Below, in pieces: positions 1 to 8,865 of a DNA stretch of 32,055 nt (position 1 is its first letter; every line of letters begins with the position of its first letter). The stretch spans positions 1-32,055 of the forward strand of contig CAZHWG010000001.1 of the NCBI GenBank assembly GCA_964535925.1, given 5' to 3'. This DNA comes from an uncultured Sphingorhabdus sp. (lineage in GTDB: Bacteria > Pseudomonadota > Alphaproteobacteria > Sphingomonadales > Sphingomonadaceae). The notes under the pieces were generated by a model, which made no database searches, was not told the origin of the DNA, and was given only the letters and a program-made list of their open reading frames with translations. A program made the position numbers and the translations under genes.

Positions 1-621
1 GTTCTGCGAAGCGCCGAGGTTGGCCTGTCCACTCGTCACCGTGTCGAGCGCGGTGGTCAGGGCGGTCAGCGCGGCGTCGGCACCGAGCGAAGTGCTGATG
101 TCGAGTGCGTCGACGCCCAGCGTGGCTGCCGAAACGTCCACCAAAGCAATGTCGACCCGCTCAGCGGCCTTCGAGCCCGTCTGGATCGAAACGGTGGCGT
201 TCGTGCCGTCGAGCAGCTTGACGCCGTTGAAGTCGGTGCGAGTGGCAATGTCGCCGATCTGGCCGATCAGCTGGGTGACTTCGGCCTGCAGGTTGGTGCG
301 GTCGCCGTCGGAGAGCGTGCCGTTGGCCGACTGGACCGACAGTTCGCGCATACGCTGCAGCATGTTGGTGACTTCGTTCATGCCGCCTTCGGCCGTCTGG
401 GCGAGCGAGATGCCGTCATTGGCGTTGCGCATTGCCATGTTGAGGCCGCGCATTTCGGAGGTCATGCGGGTCGAGATGGCAAGACCGGCAGCGTCGTCGC
501 TGGCCGAGTTGATGCGCTGACCGGTCGACAGGCGTTCGATCGCCTTCGACAGGCCGACTTCGGCACGCGACGAAGCGGTCGATGCGCGCATAGCGGAGAT
601 ATTCGTTCCAATTACACTCAT
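1..621 (-). CDS. fliC: Flagellin (paralog 1), 3' end runs off the window
   Basis: Manual translation from ATG at 621: [50 protein letters not shown]...[15 protein letters not shown]...[15 protein letters not shown], the flagellin N-terminal domain. RBS AAGGA upstream. Absent from the ORF track because it has no stop in the window. Confidence 0.96.
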   Translation of the reverse strand, partial: MSVIGTNISAMRASTASSRAEVGLSKAIERLSTGQRINSASDDAAGLAISTRMTSEMRGLNMAMRNANDGISLAQTAEGGMNEVTNMLQRMRELSVQSANGTLSDGDRTNLQAEVTQLIGQIGDIATRTDFNGVKLLDGTNATVSIQTGSKAAERVDIALVDVSAATLGVDALDISTSLGADAALTALTTALDTVTSGQANLGASQN

Positions 622-676
622 GATCAGGTCCTTCTTACTGTTGCGGCAGCTCAACTTTTCAGCGGCCTCAGAGTGA

Positions 677-702
677 GTAACGGCAACCCAGGGAATAGCT
701 TA
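677..702 (-). promoter_or_regulatory. sigma28 (FliA)-type promoter of flagellin 1
   Basis: Minus strand TAAG-N14-GCCGTTAC, 56 nt upstream of the ATG. Same -10 box as upstream of fliD. Confidence 0.75.
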
Positions 703-749
703 AGGCGGAAATCACGATTTTTTTCCGTAAGTTGCAGGAATAAGAACGC

Positions 750-785
750 AAAAGGGCGCCCGTCGGACAAGGTCCGACGGGCGCC
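750..785 (-). terminator. Intrinsic terminator after flagellin 2
   Basis: Perfect 14-bp inverted repeat GGCGCCCGTCGGAC-AAG-GTCCGACGGGCGCC (755-785), followed on the minus strand by CTTTT. Confidence 0.8.
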
Positions 786-829
786 AGTCATACCCGGATG
801 GACGGAGCTGGTCCGTCCTGATCCGAGGA

Positions 830-1645
830 TCAGCGCAGCAGGCTGAGAACGCCCTGCTGGCTCTGATTGGCCTGGGCTAGCATCGCGGTCGATGCCTGGT
901 TGAGGATCTGGAATTTCGCCAGCTGGCTCGATTCCGCCGAGAAGTCGGCATCAAGGATCCGTGAACGCGATTCGGACAGGTTGGTGACACGGTCGGTCAG
1001 GCTGCTGATCGTCGCCTGCAGACGGTTCTGCGAAGCGCCGAGGTTGGCCTGTCCACTCGTCACCGTGTCGAGCGCGGTGCTCAGGACGGCCAGGGCGGCG
1101 TCGGCACCGGCCGAAGTGCTGATGTCGATTGTGTCGACGCCCAGCGCGGTAGCCGAAACGTTCACCAGCGAGACGTCGACCCGTTCAGCGGCCTTAGAGC
1201 CCGTCTGGATCGAGATCGTGGTGTTGGTGCCGTCGAGCAGCTTGACGCCGTTGAAGTCGGTCCGGCTCGAAATGTCGCCGATCTGGCCGAGCAGCTGCGT
1301 GACTTCAGCCTGCAGGTTGGTGCGGTCGCTGTCGGAGAGCGTGCCGTTGGCCGACTGGACCGACAGTTCACGAACGCGCTGAAGCATGTTGGTGATTTCG
1401 CTCATGCCGCCTTCAGCGGTCTGGGCGAGCGAGATGCCGTCATTGGCATTGCGTACGGCCATGTTGAGGCCGCGCATTTCGGAGGTCATGCGGGTCGAGA
1501 TCGCAAGACCGGCAGCGTCGTCGCTGGCCGCATTGATGCGCTTGCCAGTGGAGAGACGCTGGATAGCCGTTGAAAGTCCCATTTCTGCGCGGTTCGAAGC
1601 AGTCGACGAGCGCATCGCGGAGATGTTGGTTCCGATAACAGTCAT
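830..1645 (-). CDS. fliC: Flagellin (paralog 2), 271 aa
   Basis: [20 protein letters not shown] and [33 protein letters not shown] motifs. Start moved from 1702 to ATG 1645 because of RBS AAAGGA and alignment with paralog 1. Confidence 0.97.
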   Translation of the reverse strand: MTVIGTNISAMRSSTASNRAEMGLSTAIQRLSTGKRINAASDDAAGLAISTRMTSEMRGLNMAVRNANDGISLAQTAEGGMSEITNMLQRVRELSVQSANGTLSDSDRTNLQAEVTQLLGQIGDISSRTDFNGVKLLDGTNTTISIQTGSKAAERVDVSLVNVSATALGVDTIDISTSAGADAALAVLSTALDTVTSGQANLGASQNRLQATISSLTDRVTNLSESRSRILDADFSAESSQLAKFQILNQASTAMLAQANQSQQGVLSLLR

Positions 1646-1703
1646 GTTGAATTCCTTTAGCAGTGATCCCAGTCCGGCTTGTTTGTTCGCCGGTACAGCC
1701 ACA

Positions 1704-1729
1704 GTGACGGCAGGTCGGCGGATTGGTTA
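1704..1729 (-). promoter_or_regulatory. sigma28-type promoter of flagellin 2
   Basis: Minus strand TAAC-N14-GCCGTCAC, at the position equivalent to the flagellin 1 promoter. Confidence 0.65.
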
Positions 1730-1785
1730 AATCGAAAAAACCATCTCTGTCCGGCGGTCGGTGCGATGGCTCCTTAATAGGGGAG

Positions 1786-1823
1786 CGCCAATTTCTTGAC
1801 GCTTGCCCGTCTGGTATTTGACG
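1786..1823. promoter_or_regulatory. Tandem enhancer (UAS) boxes for the sigma54 promoter at 1886
   Basis: CGCCA-ATTTCT-TGACG (1786-1801) and CGTCT-GGTATT-TGACG (1808-1823), 22 bp apart, sharing TTGACGCTT. They resemble GTCA-N6-TGAC FleQ boxes. Confidence 0.6.
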
Positions 1824-1885
1824 CTTCGCCCCCGGCCGACGGCATACCGGCACCCGCATCCCGCAAAACACCGCGCTCCAGAAAT

Positions 1886-1900
1886 TGGCACGGTCCTTGC
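1886..1900 (+). promoter_or_regulatory. sigma54 -24/-12 promoter of the fleT-fliE..fliJ operon
   Basis: TGGCAC-GGTCC-TTGC, a perfect RpoN consensus 58 nt upstream of ATG 1958. Confidence 0.9.
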
Positions 1901-1957
1901 GTATTCGTTGCTGAGGACATCGGCGGATCGACCGTCACGTCATCGGGGGATACGGGA

Positions 1958-3274
<1,317 letters not shown>

Positions 3275-3288
3275 AGGAGGACTGAAAC

Positions 3289-3657
3289 ATGCAACCGATG
3301 GCCAACAGTCTGCTCGCAGCGCGCAACGCGATCCTGCAGCAAAACAAGGTGTTCCAGAACGTCGTCGACGCTCCGAAGGGCGGCAGCGCCCCTATCGGCG
3401 GCAGCGCCCCGATCGGTGGCGATACCGCCAGCGTCGAGATGCCCTTTGCGACGACGATGCGCGACGCGCTCCAGCAGGTGAACGAAAGCCAGACCGTCGC
3501 TGCGAACGCGGCTTCGGCCTACGACGCTGGTGAAACCACCGACATCGCCGCGGTCATGCTCGCCAAGCAAAGGGCTTCGGTAGGATTTGAGGCCACGTTG
3601 CAGGTCCGCAACAAGCTGCTCTCGGCTTACGAGAACATCATGAACATGCCGGTGTAA
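3289..3657 (+). CDS. fliE: Flagellar hook-basal body protein FliE
   Basis: FATTMRDALQQVNESQ...VMLAKQRASVGFEATLQVRNKLLSAYENIMNMPV is the FliE signature. RBS AAGGAGG. Confidence 0.96.
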   Translation: MQPMANSLLAARNAILQQNKVFQNVVDAPKGGSAPIGGSAPIGGDTASVEMPFATTMRDALQQVNESQTVAANAASAYDAGETTDIAAVMLAKQRASVGFEATLQVRNKLLSAYENIMNMPV

Positions 3658-3658
3658 T

Positions 3659-5353
3659 ATGAACCAGATGACCATTTCCCAGCCGGGTGATGCCGGCAGC
3701 TCGGCGACCACCCTCACCCCGCAACGGCTGAAACCGATAGGCGGTGGCGCCAACATGGCCGGTTTCGTCGATCGTGCCCGCGAATTCATCGCCCAGCCGG
3801 CGGTCGCCAAGTCGCTGCCGCTGCTTGGCTTCATGGCCGTTGTCGCGATGGCCGCGCTCGCCTGGATAGCCTTGCAGTCGCCACCGCAGCGCGACCTGTT
3901 CCGCGGCCTGCCCGAAAACGACAAGGCTGCCGTCGCCGCCGCGCTCGGCACCTCGAACATCGCCTTTCAGATCGACAATGCGACCGGCGCCCTGACCGTC
4001 AACGAAGACGATTACCACTCCGCCAAGATGATGCTTGCCGCCGAGGGCCTGCCCAAGAGCGCGCCCGATGGCGACAGCATGATTTCGAGCATGCCGATGG
4101 GCGCCAGCCGCGCGGTCGAGACCGAAAAGCTTCGCGGCGCCCGCGAAGCCGACCTCGCACGCTCGATCGAGGCGATCGACAGTGTCATTTCGGCGCGTGT
4201 CCATCTTGCCGTCGATCCGCCGAGCGTGTTCATCCGCGAACGCAACGAACCCGCGGCATCGGTCATCCTCAACCTTGGCTCGGGGTCTACCCTGGGCAGC
4301 GATCAGGTCCAGGCGATCACCCACCTTGTCGCCAGCTCGGTTTCGGGCCTCAACGCCGAGCGCGTTTCGGTGGTCGACCAGAACGGCCATCTCCTGTCGC
4401 AGAGCGCCGGCGCGGGTCCGATGGGCGAAGCCGGCCAGCAGCTGCTTGTCCGCGAACAGATCGAAGACCGCTATCGCCGGTCGCTCAATGCACTTTTGAC
4501 CCCGATCCTCGGTGCCAACAATTTTGCCGCCGAAGTATCGGCCGACCTCGATTTCTCGCAGCGCCAGGCGACCAGCGAAACCTATCCCAAGGACGAAGCC
4601 CGGATCCGCAGCGAACAGCGCAGCTGGACCTCCGAAGGCGACGACGCTGGTGGCTCGGCCGGCGGCATTCCCGGTGCGGTATCCGACCAGCCGCCCGCCA
4701 ACGCGACGGTCCAGGACCAGATGGGCGATCCGGCGGCTGCGGCCACCGACATGAAAACCCGCCAGGAACAGGTCAACCGCAGCTTCGAGCTCGGCCGTTC
4801 GGTATCGGTCGTGCGCGAAGCGACCGGCGACGTCAGCCGCCTTTCGGTCGCCGTGGCGGTTGCCAACGCGCCCGGCGGGAAACCGCGCAGCGCCGCCGAA
4901 ATCGCTTCTATCGAAAAGCTCGTCAAAGGTGCCATGGGTTTCAACGAAGCGCGCGGCGACCAGGTCGCGGTATCGTCGCGCTCGTTCCAGCCGATCGTCG
5001 AAACATCGGAAGCCTGGTACGAAGCAAGCTGGCTCGCGATGCTGGTCCGCAACCTGTCGGCGACGCTCGTCGCGCTGGCGATCATCTTCTTCATTGGCCG
5101 GCCGCTGCTCAAACGCCGCAAGGAAATGAAGGCGATCACCGGCAGTTCTGGGACCCCCTCCTACGGGAACCATCGCGCGCCCGAAGCGAACAGCCTGCCC
5201 GTGACGCTCGACATGATTACCGCCGCGCACAGCTATCAGGAACGCGCGCTGCTGATCCAGAATTTCGTGAAACAGAATCCGGAGCACGCGACGCTCGTCG
5301 TCCGTGACCTCCTGCAATCGGCGAAGAAGCCTAAGGAGGCCGTCAATGGCTGA
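3659..5353 (+). CDS. fliF: MS-ring protein FliF
   Basis: Two TM segments, LAAEGLP, ARVHLA..PSVF, ASVIL, VSVVDQNGHLL, RLSVAVAV, GFNEARGDQVAV. Operon position. Confidence 0.96.
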   Translation: MNQMTISQPGDAGSSATTLTPQRLKPIGGGANMAGFVDRAREFIAQPAVAKSLPLLGFMAVVAMAALAWIALQSPPQRDLFRGLPENDKAAVAAALGTSNIAFQIDNATGALTVNEDDYHSAKMMLAAEGLPKSAPDGDSMISSMPMGASRAVETEKLRGAREADLARSIEAIDSVISARVHLAVDPPSVFIRERNEPAASVILNLGSGSTLGSDQVQAITHLVASSVSGLNAERVSVVDQNGHLLSQSAGAGPMGEAGQQLLVREQIEDRYRRSLNALLTPILGANNFAAEVSADLDFSQRQATSETYPKDEARIRSEQRSWTSEGDDAGGSAGGIPGAVSDQPPANATVQDQMGDPAAAATDMKTRQEQVNRSFELGRSVSVVREATGDVSRLSVAVAVANAPGGKPRSAAEIASIEKLVKGAMGFNEARGDQVAVSSRSFQPIVETSEAWYEASWLAMLVRNLSATLVALAIIFFIGRPLLKRRKEMKAITGSSGTPSYGNHRAPEANSLPVTLDMITAAHSYQERALLIQNFVKQNPEHATLVVRDLLQSAKKPKEAVNG

Positions 5354-6416
5354 TGTCCTGGAACAAGAAGACACCGACGTCGAGACGGCCGCAACGCCGG
5401 TCAACGAGGTCCCTGCCCCGCCGGTGATAGATGACGAACAGGCCGCGGCGATCCTGCTCCTGCTGTTTTCCGAAGAGGAAGCCGCCGGCATCCTGTCGCG
5501 CCTCGAGCCCGACGAAGTCCAGCAGCTGAGCAGCGTAATGTACTCGGTCGCCGACGTCGGCGCCGACGAAATCAACCGCGTGCTCGACCGGTTCGTCGAC
5601 CGTGCCCGTCATCGCACGACAGTCGGTTATCGTGCTGATGTCCAGATCCAGGCGATGCTGACCACGGCACTGGGGGAGCAGCGCGCCGAGGCCATGATCA
5701 GCCGCACCGCACCCAAGAAAGCCGCGCCCAGCCTCGATGCCCTCAAATGGATGGCGCCGAAGGAAATCGTCGCGATGATCGAGGAGGAACATCCCCAGAT
5801 CGTTGCGTTGGTATTGTCCTTCCTGTCGCCCGACAATGCTGCCGCGGTGCTCAAGCTGATGCCAGCGGAGAACCAGGAAGACATCATCTATCGCTTCGCC
5901 ACGCTCGGCCAGGTGAGCCCCGACGCGATCGAAACGATCGAACACCTGCTTTCGGCGCACCATGCCCCCAAGGGATCGGCCCCGGTCGATACCGGCGGCG
6001 GAAGCGCGGCCGATGTCGCGGCGATCATGAACCTCGTCGGCAAGCGCAACAGCAACCGCATGATCAAGGCGCTGGCCAAGCGCGACAAGACGCTGGCGGG
6101 CGCGATCCAGGACCAAATGTTCACCTTTGCCGACCTCATCACGATCGATGCCAAGGATCTCGGCACCGTCATGCGCAGCGTCGACAACGAACTGCTCATT
6201 CCCGCGCTCAAGGGTGCCGACGCGAAGCTCAGGGCGAAGATCCTCAGCGCCATGTCGAGCCGCGCGGCGCAGACGATCGAGGACGAGATGGCCGAACGCG
6301 GACCAATGCCGATGAGCGAAGTCATCCAAGCGCAAAAGGCGGTCGTCGCGCAGGCGCGCAAGCTGGCCGATGCCGGCGACATCACGATCGGGGGTCAGAG
6401 CGATGATTATGTCTGA
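5346..6416 (+). CDS. fliG: Motor switch protein FliG
   Basis: AAILLL, EHPQ, GG..VAAIMN, MFTF, MSSRAA motifs. Start at ATG 5346 (RBS AAGGAGG), overlapping the fliF end. Confidence 0.96.
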   Translation: MADVLEQEDTDVETAATPVNEVPAPPVIDDEQAAAILLLLFSEEEAAGILSRLEPDEVQQLSSVMYSVADVGADEINRVLDRFVDRARHRTTVGYRADVQIQAMLTTALGEQRAEAMISRTAPKKAAPSLDALKWMAPKEIVAMIEEEHPQIVALVLSFLSPDNAAAVLKLMPAENQEDIIYRFATLGQVSPDAIETIEHLLSAHHAPKGSAPVDTGGGSAADVAAIMNLVGKRNSNRMIKALAKRDKTLAGAIQDQMFTFADLITIDAKDLGTVMRSVDNELLIPALKGADAKLRAKILSAMSSRAAQTIEDEMAERGPMPMSEVIQAQKAVVAQARKLADAGDITIGGQSDDYV

Positions 6417-7029
6417 GCCCTTTGCCGCCCACGCGATGGGCGATGCCGCCGCGAGCTTCCGTCCCGTCTGGCAACCGGCATTCAGCCCGTTCAGCACGTC
6501 GGGCGGCCGCGACGGTGGCGAGCAGTCGAACGATCGCGACGAGGATGCGGCAACGCTGTTTCGCCAGCAGCTCGACGACACCTATCGCAAGGGATATGAA
6601 GACGGACAGATCGCGATGGCCGAGCTGAATGCCGAGCTGATCGCGGCGTCGGATCGGCTCGCCCAATCGGTCGAGACGCTCAAGCCCCAGCCCAGCGATG
6701 CGCTGTGCGAGACGCTGCTCCGCACGATCCGCACGCTGCTGCAGAATACCGCAGGTTTCGCGGCACCCGATGCCGAGACGCTGAAAAAGCATTGCGCGTC
6801 GCTCGCGGCGCTCGCCGAAAAGGACTGTTCGAACGCGATCCTCCACATCCATCCGCAGGACCGGATGTTGCTCGGCGAGGCCACCTATGGCCTCACGCTC
6901 GAAGACGACCTGACGCTGACGCGCGGCACGCTGTCGCTCGCGCATGCCGATGGCTGGATCGAGCAGGGCACCGACCCGGTGCTCAACGAACTTGAATCGA
7001 TGATCGAAGCGATCGAGGCGGCACGATGA
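6409..7029 (+). CDS. fliH: Flagellar assembly protein FliH
   Basis: YRKGYEDG (xxxG repeat), ILHIHPQD, DLTLTRG; located between fliG and fliI. Start 6403 or 6409. Confidence 0.85.
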   Translation: MSEPFAAHAMGDAAASFRPVWQPAFSPFSTSGGRDGGEQSNDRDEDAATLFRQQLDDTYRKGYEDGQIAMAELNAELIAASDRLAQSVETLKPQPSDALCETLLRTIRTLLQNTAGFAAPDAETLKKHCASLAALAEKDCSNAILHIHPQDRMLLGEATYGLTLEDDLTLTRGTLSLAHADGWIEQGTDPVLNELESMIEAIEAAR

Positions 7030-8357
7030 TCGCCGCACAGGAACGCGCCGTCGCCGGGCTCGCCGAAAGAATCGGCGCGATCGGCTGCGGCCCGCGCCGG
7101 ATCGGCCGGCTCGTCGCGCACAATGCCGGCATGATGGAAGTCACCGGCTTCGATTATCCGATCGGCTTTGGCGGCACGATCCGCACCGCCGACGGCCGCT
7201 CTATGAAGGCTGAAATCGCCGGTTTCCGCGGTTCGCGCGCACTGATGATCCCGCTCGACAGCGATGGCGCGGTGCGCAACGGCGCGCGCGTCGAACCCGA
7301 TATGCAGTCGAGCCAGGCACAGGTCGGCGACGGGCTGCTCGGCCGCGTCATCGGCCCGATGGGCGAACCGCTCGACGGCGGCGGCCCGATTATCTCCGAC
7401 GCTTACTGGCCGCTGGCGGGCAAGCGTTCGAACGTTCTCAACCGCGGCCGCGTGACCAAGCCGATCGACCTTGGCGTCCGCGCGATCAACGGCCTGCTGA
7501 CCGCAGGCTATGGCCAGCGCATCGCGATCGCGGCAGGTTCCGGCGTCGGCAAATCGGTCCTGATCGGACAGATCATCGCCAACGCCGATGTCGATATCGC
7601 CGTCATCGGCCTGATCGGCGAACGCGGCCGCGAGGTCAGCGATTTCGTCGAGACCAAGCTTGCCGGCCCGATGAAGGGCCGCACCGTGACCGTCGCGGTC
7701 CCGGCCGATTATTCCCCCGTCCTGCGCCTGCGCGCCGCCGCCCGCGCGACCGCCATCGCCGAATATTTCCGCAGCCTGGGCAAGCGCGTCCTGCTGATCA
7801 TCGACAGCCTGACCCGTATCGCCCACGCGCAGCGCGAGATCGGCCTGTCGCTCGGCGAGCCGCCGACGATGAAGGGCTATCCGCCGTCATCGCTCGCGCT
7901 GATTCCCCGCCTGATCGAACGCGCCGGCAACGACCGCGCCAGCGGCGGATCGATTACCGCCATCTATACCGTGCTCGCCGATGGCGGCGACATGGAGGAT
8001 CCCGTCGTCGATACCGCCCGCGCGATCGTCGACGGCCATATCATCCTGTCGCGCCTGCTGTCCGAACAGGGCATCTTCCCCGCGATCGACGTCGGAAAAT
8101 CGCTCAGCCGCGTGGCGACCGACATTATTCCCGACCAACATCGCGCCGCCCAGGCCAATTTCCGCCGGCTCTGGTCGGCCTATGAGGAAAACCGCGACCT
8201 CCTCTTGATGGGGGCCTATCGCGAAGGCAGCGACCCGATCATCGACGAAGCCGTCGAACGGCGCGAGGAACTGCTCGACTATATCCGCCAGGATGCCGAC
8301 ACCTCGGTGTCGCTCGACGATAGCGTCGCGACGCTCGAAATGGGCTTCGCGGCATGA
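7026..8357 (+). CDS. fliI: Flagellar export ATPase FliI
   Basis: AGSGVGKS, GLIGERGREV, DSLTRIAHAQREIGL, GEPP..KGYPPS, GSITAIYTVL, DGHIILSR. Confidence 0.97.
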   Translation: MIAAQERAVAGLAERIGAIGCGPRRIGRLVAHNAGMMEVTGFDYPIGFGGTIRTADGRSMKAEIAGFRGSRALMIPLDSDGAVRNGARVEPDMQSSQAQVGDGLLGRVIGPMGEPLDGGGPIISDAYWPLAGKRSNVLNRGRVTKPIDLGVRAINGLLTAGYGQRIAIAAGSGVGKSVLIGQIIANADVDIAVIGLIGERGREVSDFVETKLAGPMKGRTVTVAVPADYSPVLRLRAAARATAIAEYFRSLGKRVLLIIDSLTRIAHAQREIGLSLGEPPTMKGYPPSSLALIPRLIERAGNDRASGGSITAIYTVLADGGDMEDPVVDTARAIVDGHIILSRLLSEQGIFPAIDVGKSLSRVATDIIPDQHRAAQANFRRLWSAYEENRDLLLMGAYREGSDPIIDEAVERREELLDYIRQDADTSVSLDDSVATLEMGFAA

Positions 8358-8785
8358 AGAAGCTGCTCGCCAGTCGGCGCCGCATCCTCGGCATGCGCGA
8401 TACGCAGCTGCGCATCGCGACCGGCGACAGCGCGGTCGCGCGCGGTGCCGAAGACACGCTCCGCCAGCGCCGCCGGCAACTGAAATCGATCGCCGCCCAT
8501 ATGCACGAAGCGGGCAATGCGTGCCGCGAAGGCCGCGCGCTCCACGCCCAGCTCGAGCTGGTCGATCGCTTGCGCCACGCCGACGACGGGATGGCGCAGA
8601 CGATCGACGAGGCGCGGCAAAGAACTGCCGAGATGGAACGGCAACGCATTGCCGCCTTCCAGAAACGCGAGATGGCCGACCGGCTCGCCGGTCGCGCCGC
8701 CGCCCAAGTTGAAATCGAGATCGATCGCAAGATCGCCAACCAACCGCGCGCTGTGCCGCGCAGATCGATGGAATCGCGCCCATGA
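8354..8785 (+). CDS. fliJ: FliJ-like coiled-coil protein
   Basis: 143 aa, charged and helical, translationally coupled to fliI (ATGA overlap). Call is mainly positional. Confidence 0.7.
   Translation: MKKLLASRRRILGMRDTQLRIATGDSAVARGAEDTLRQRRRQLKSIAAHMHEAGNACREGRALHAQLELVDRLRHADDGMAQTIDEARQRTAEMERQRIAAFQKREMADRLAGRAAAQVEIEIDRKIANQPRAVPRRSMESRP
8615..8654. promoter_or_regulatory. Tandem enhancer boxes inside fliJ
   Basis: CGGCA-AAGAAC-TGCCG (8615-8630) and CGGCA-ACGCAT-TGCCG (8639-8654), 24 bp apart, about 185-225 bp upstream of the sigma54 site at 8838. Confidence 0.6.
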
Positions 8786-8837
8786 TGAACCTTCCCATGA
8801 CCCCCGGAGCAGGTAGCTCGACCAAGGGGCCTGCAAC

Positions 8838-8853
8838 TGGCACGCTTTCTGCT
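8838..8853 (+). promoter_or_regulatory. sigma54 promoter for fliKLMN
   Basis: TGGCAC-GCTTT-CTGCT (GG-N10-GC). Confidence 0.75.
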
Positions 8854-8865
8854 AGGTCGGAACCG

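Noticed and set aside
795-826. Second hairpin after the flagellin 2 stop (GGACGGA/TCCGTCC) as a REP-like or mobile repeat
   Set aside because: Single copy in the window; at most a 3' UTR stability structure.
1796-1957. Upstream extension of the activator ORF given in the ORF track
   Set aside because: It overlaps the enhancer boxes and sigma54 promoter; ATG 1958 has an RBS.
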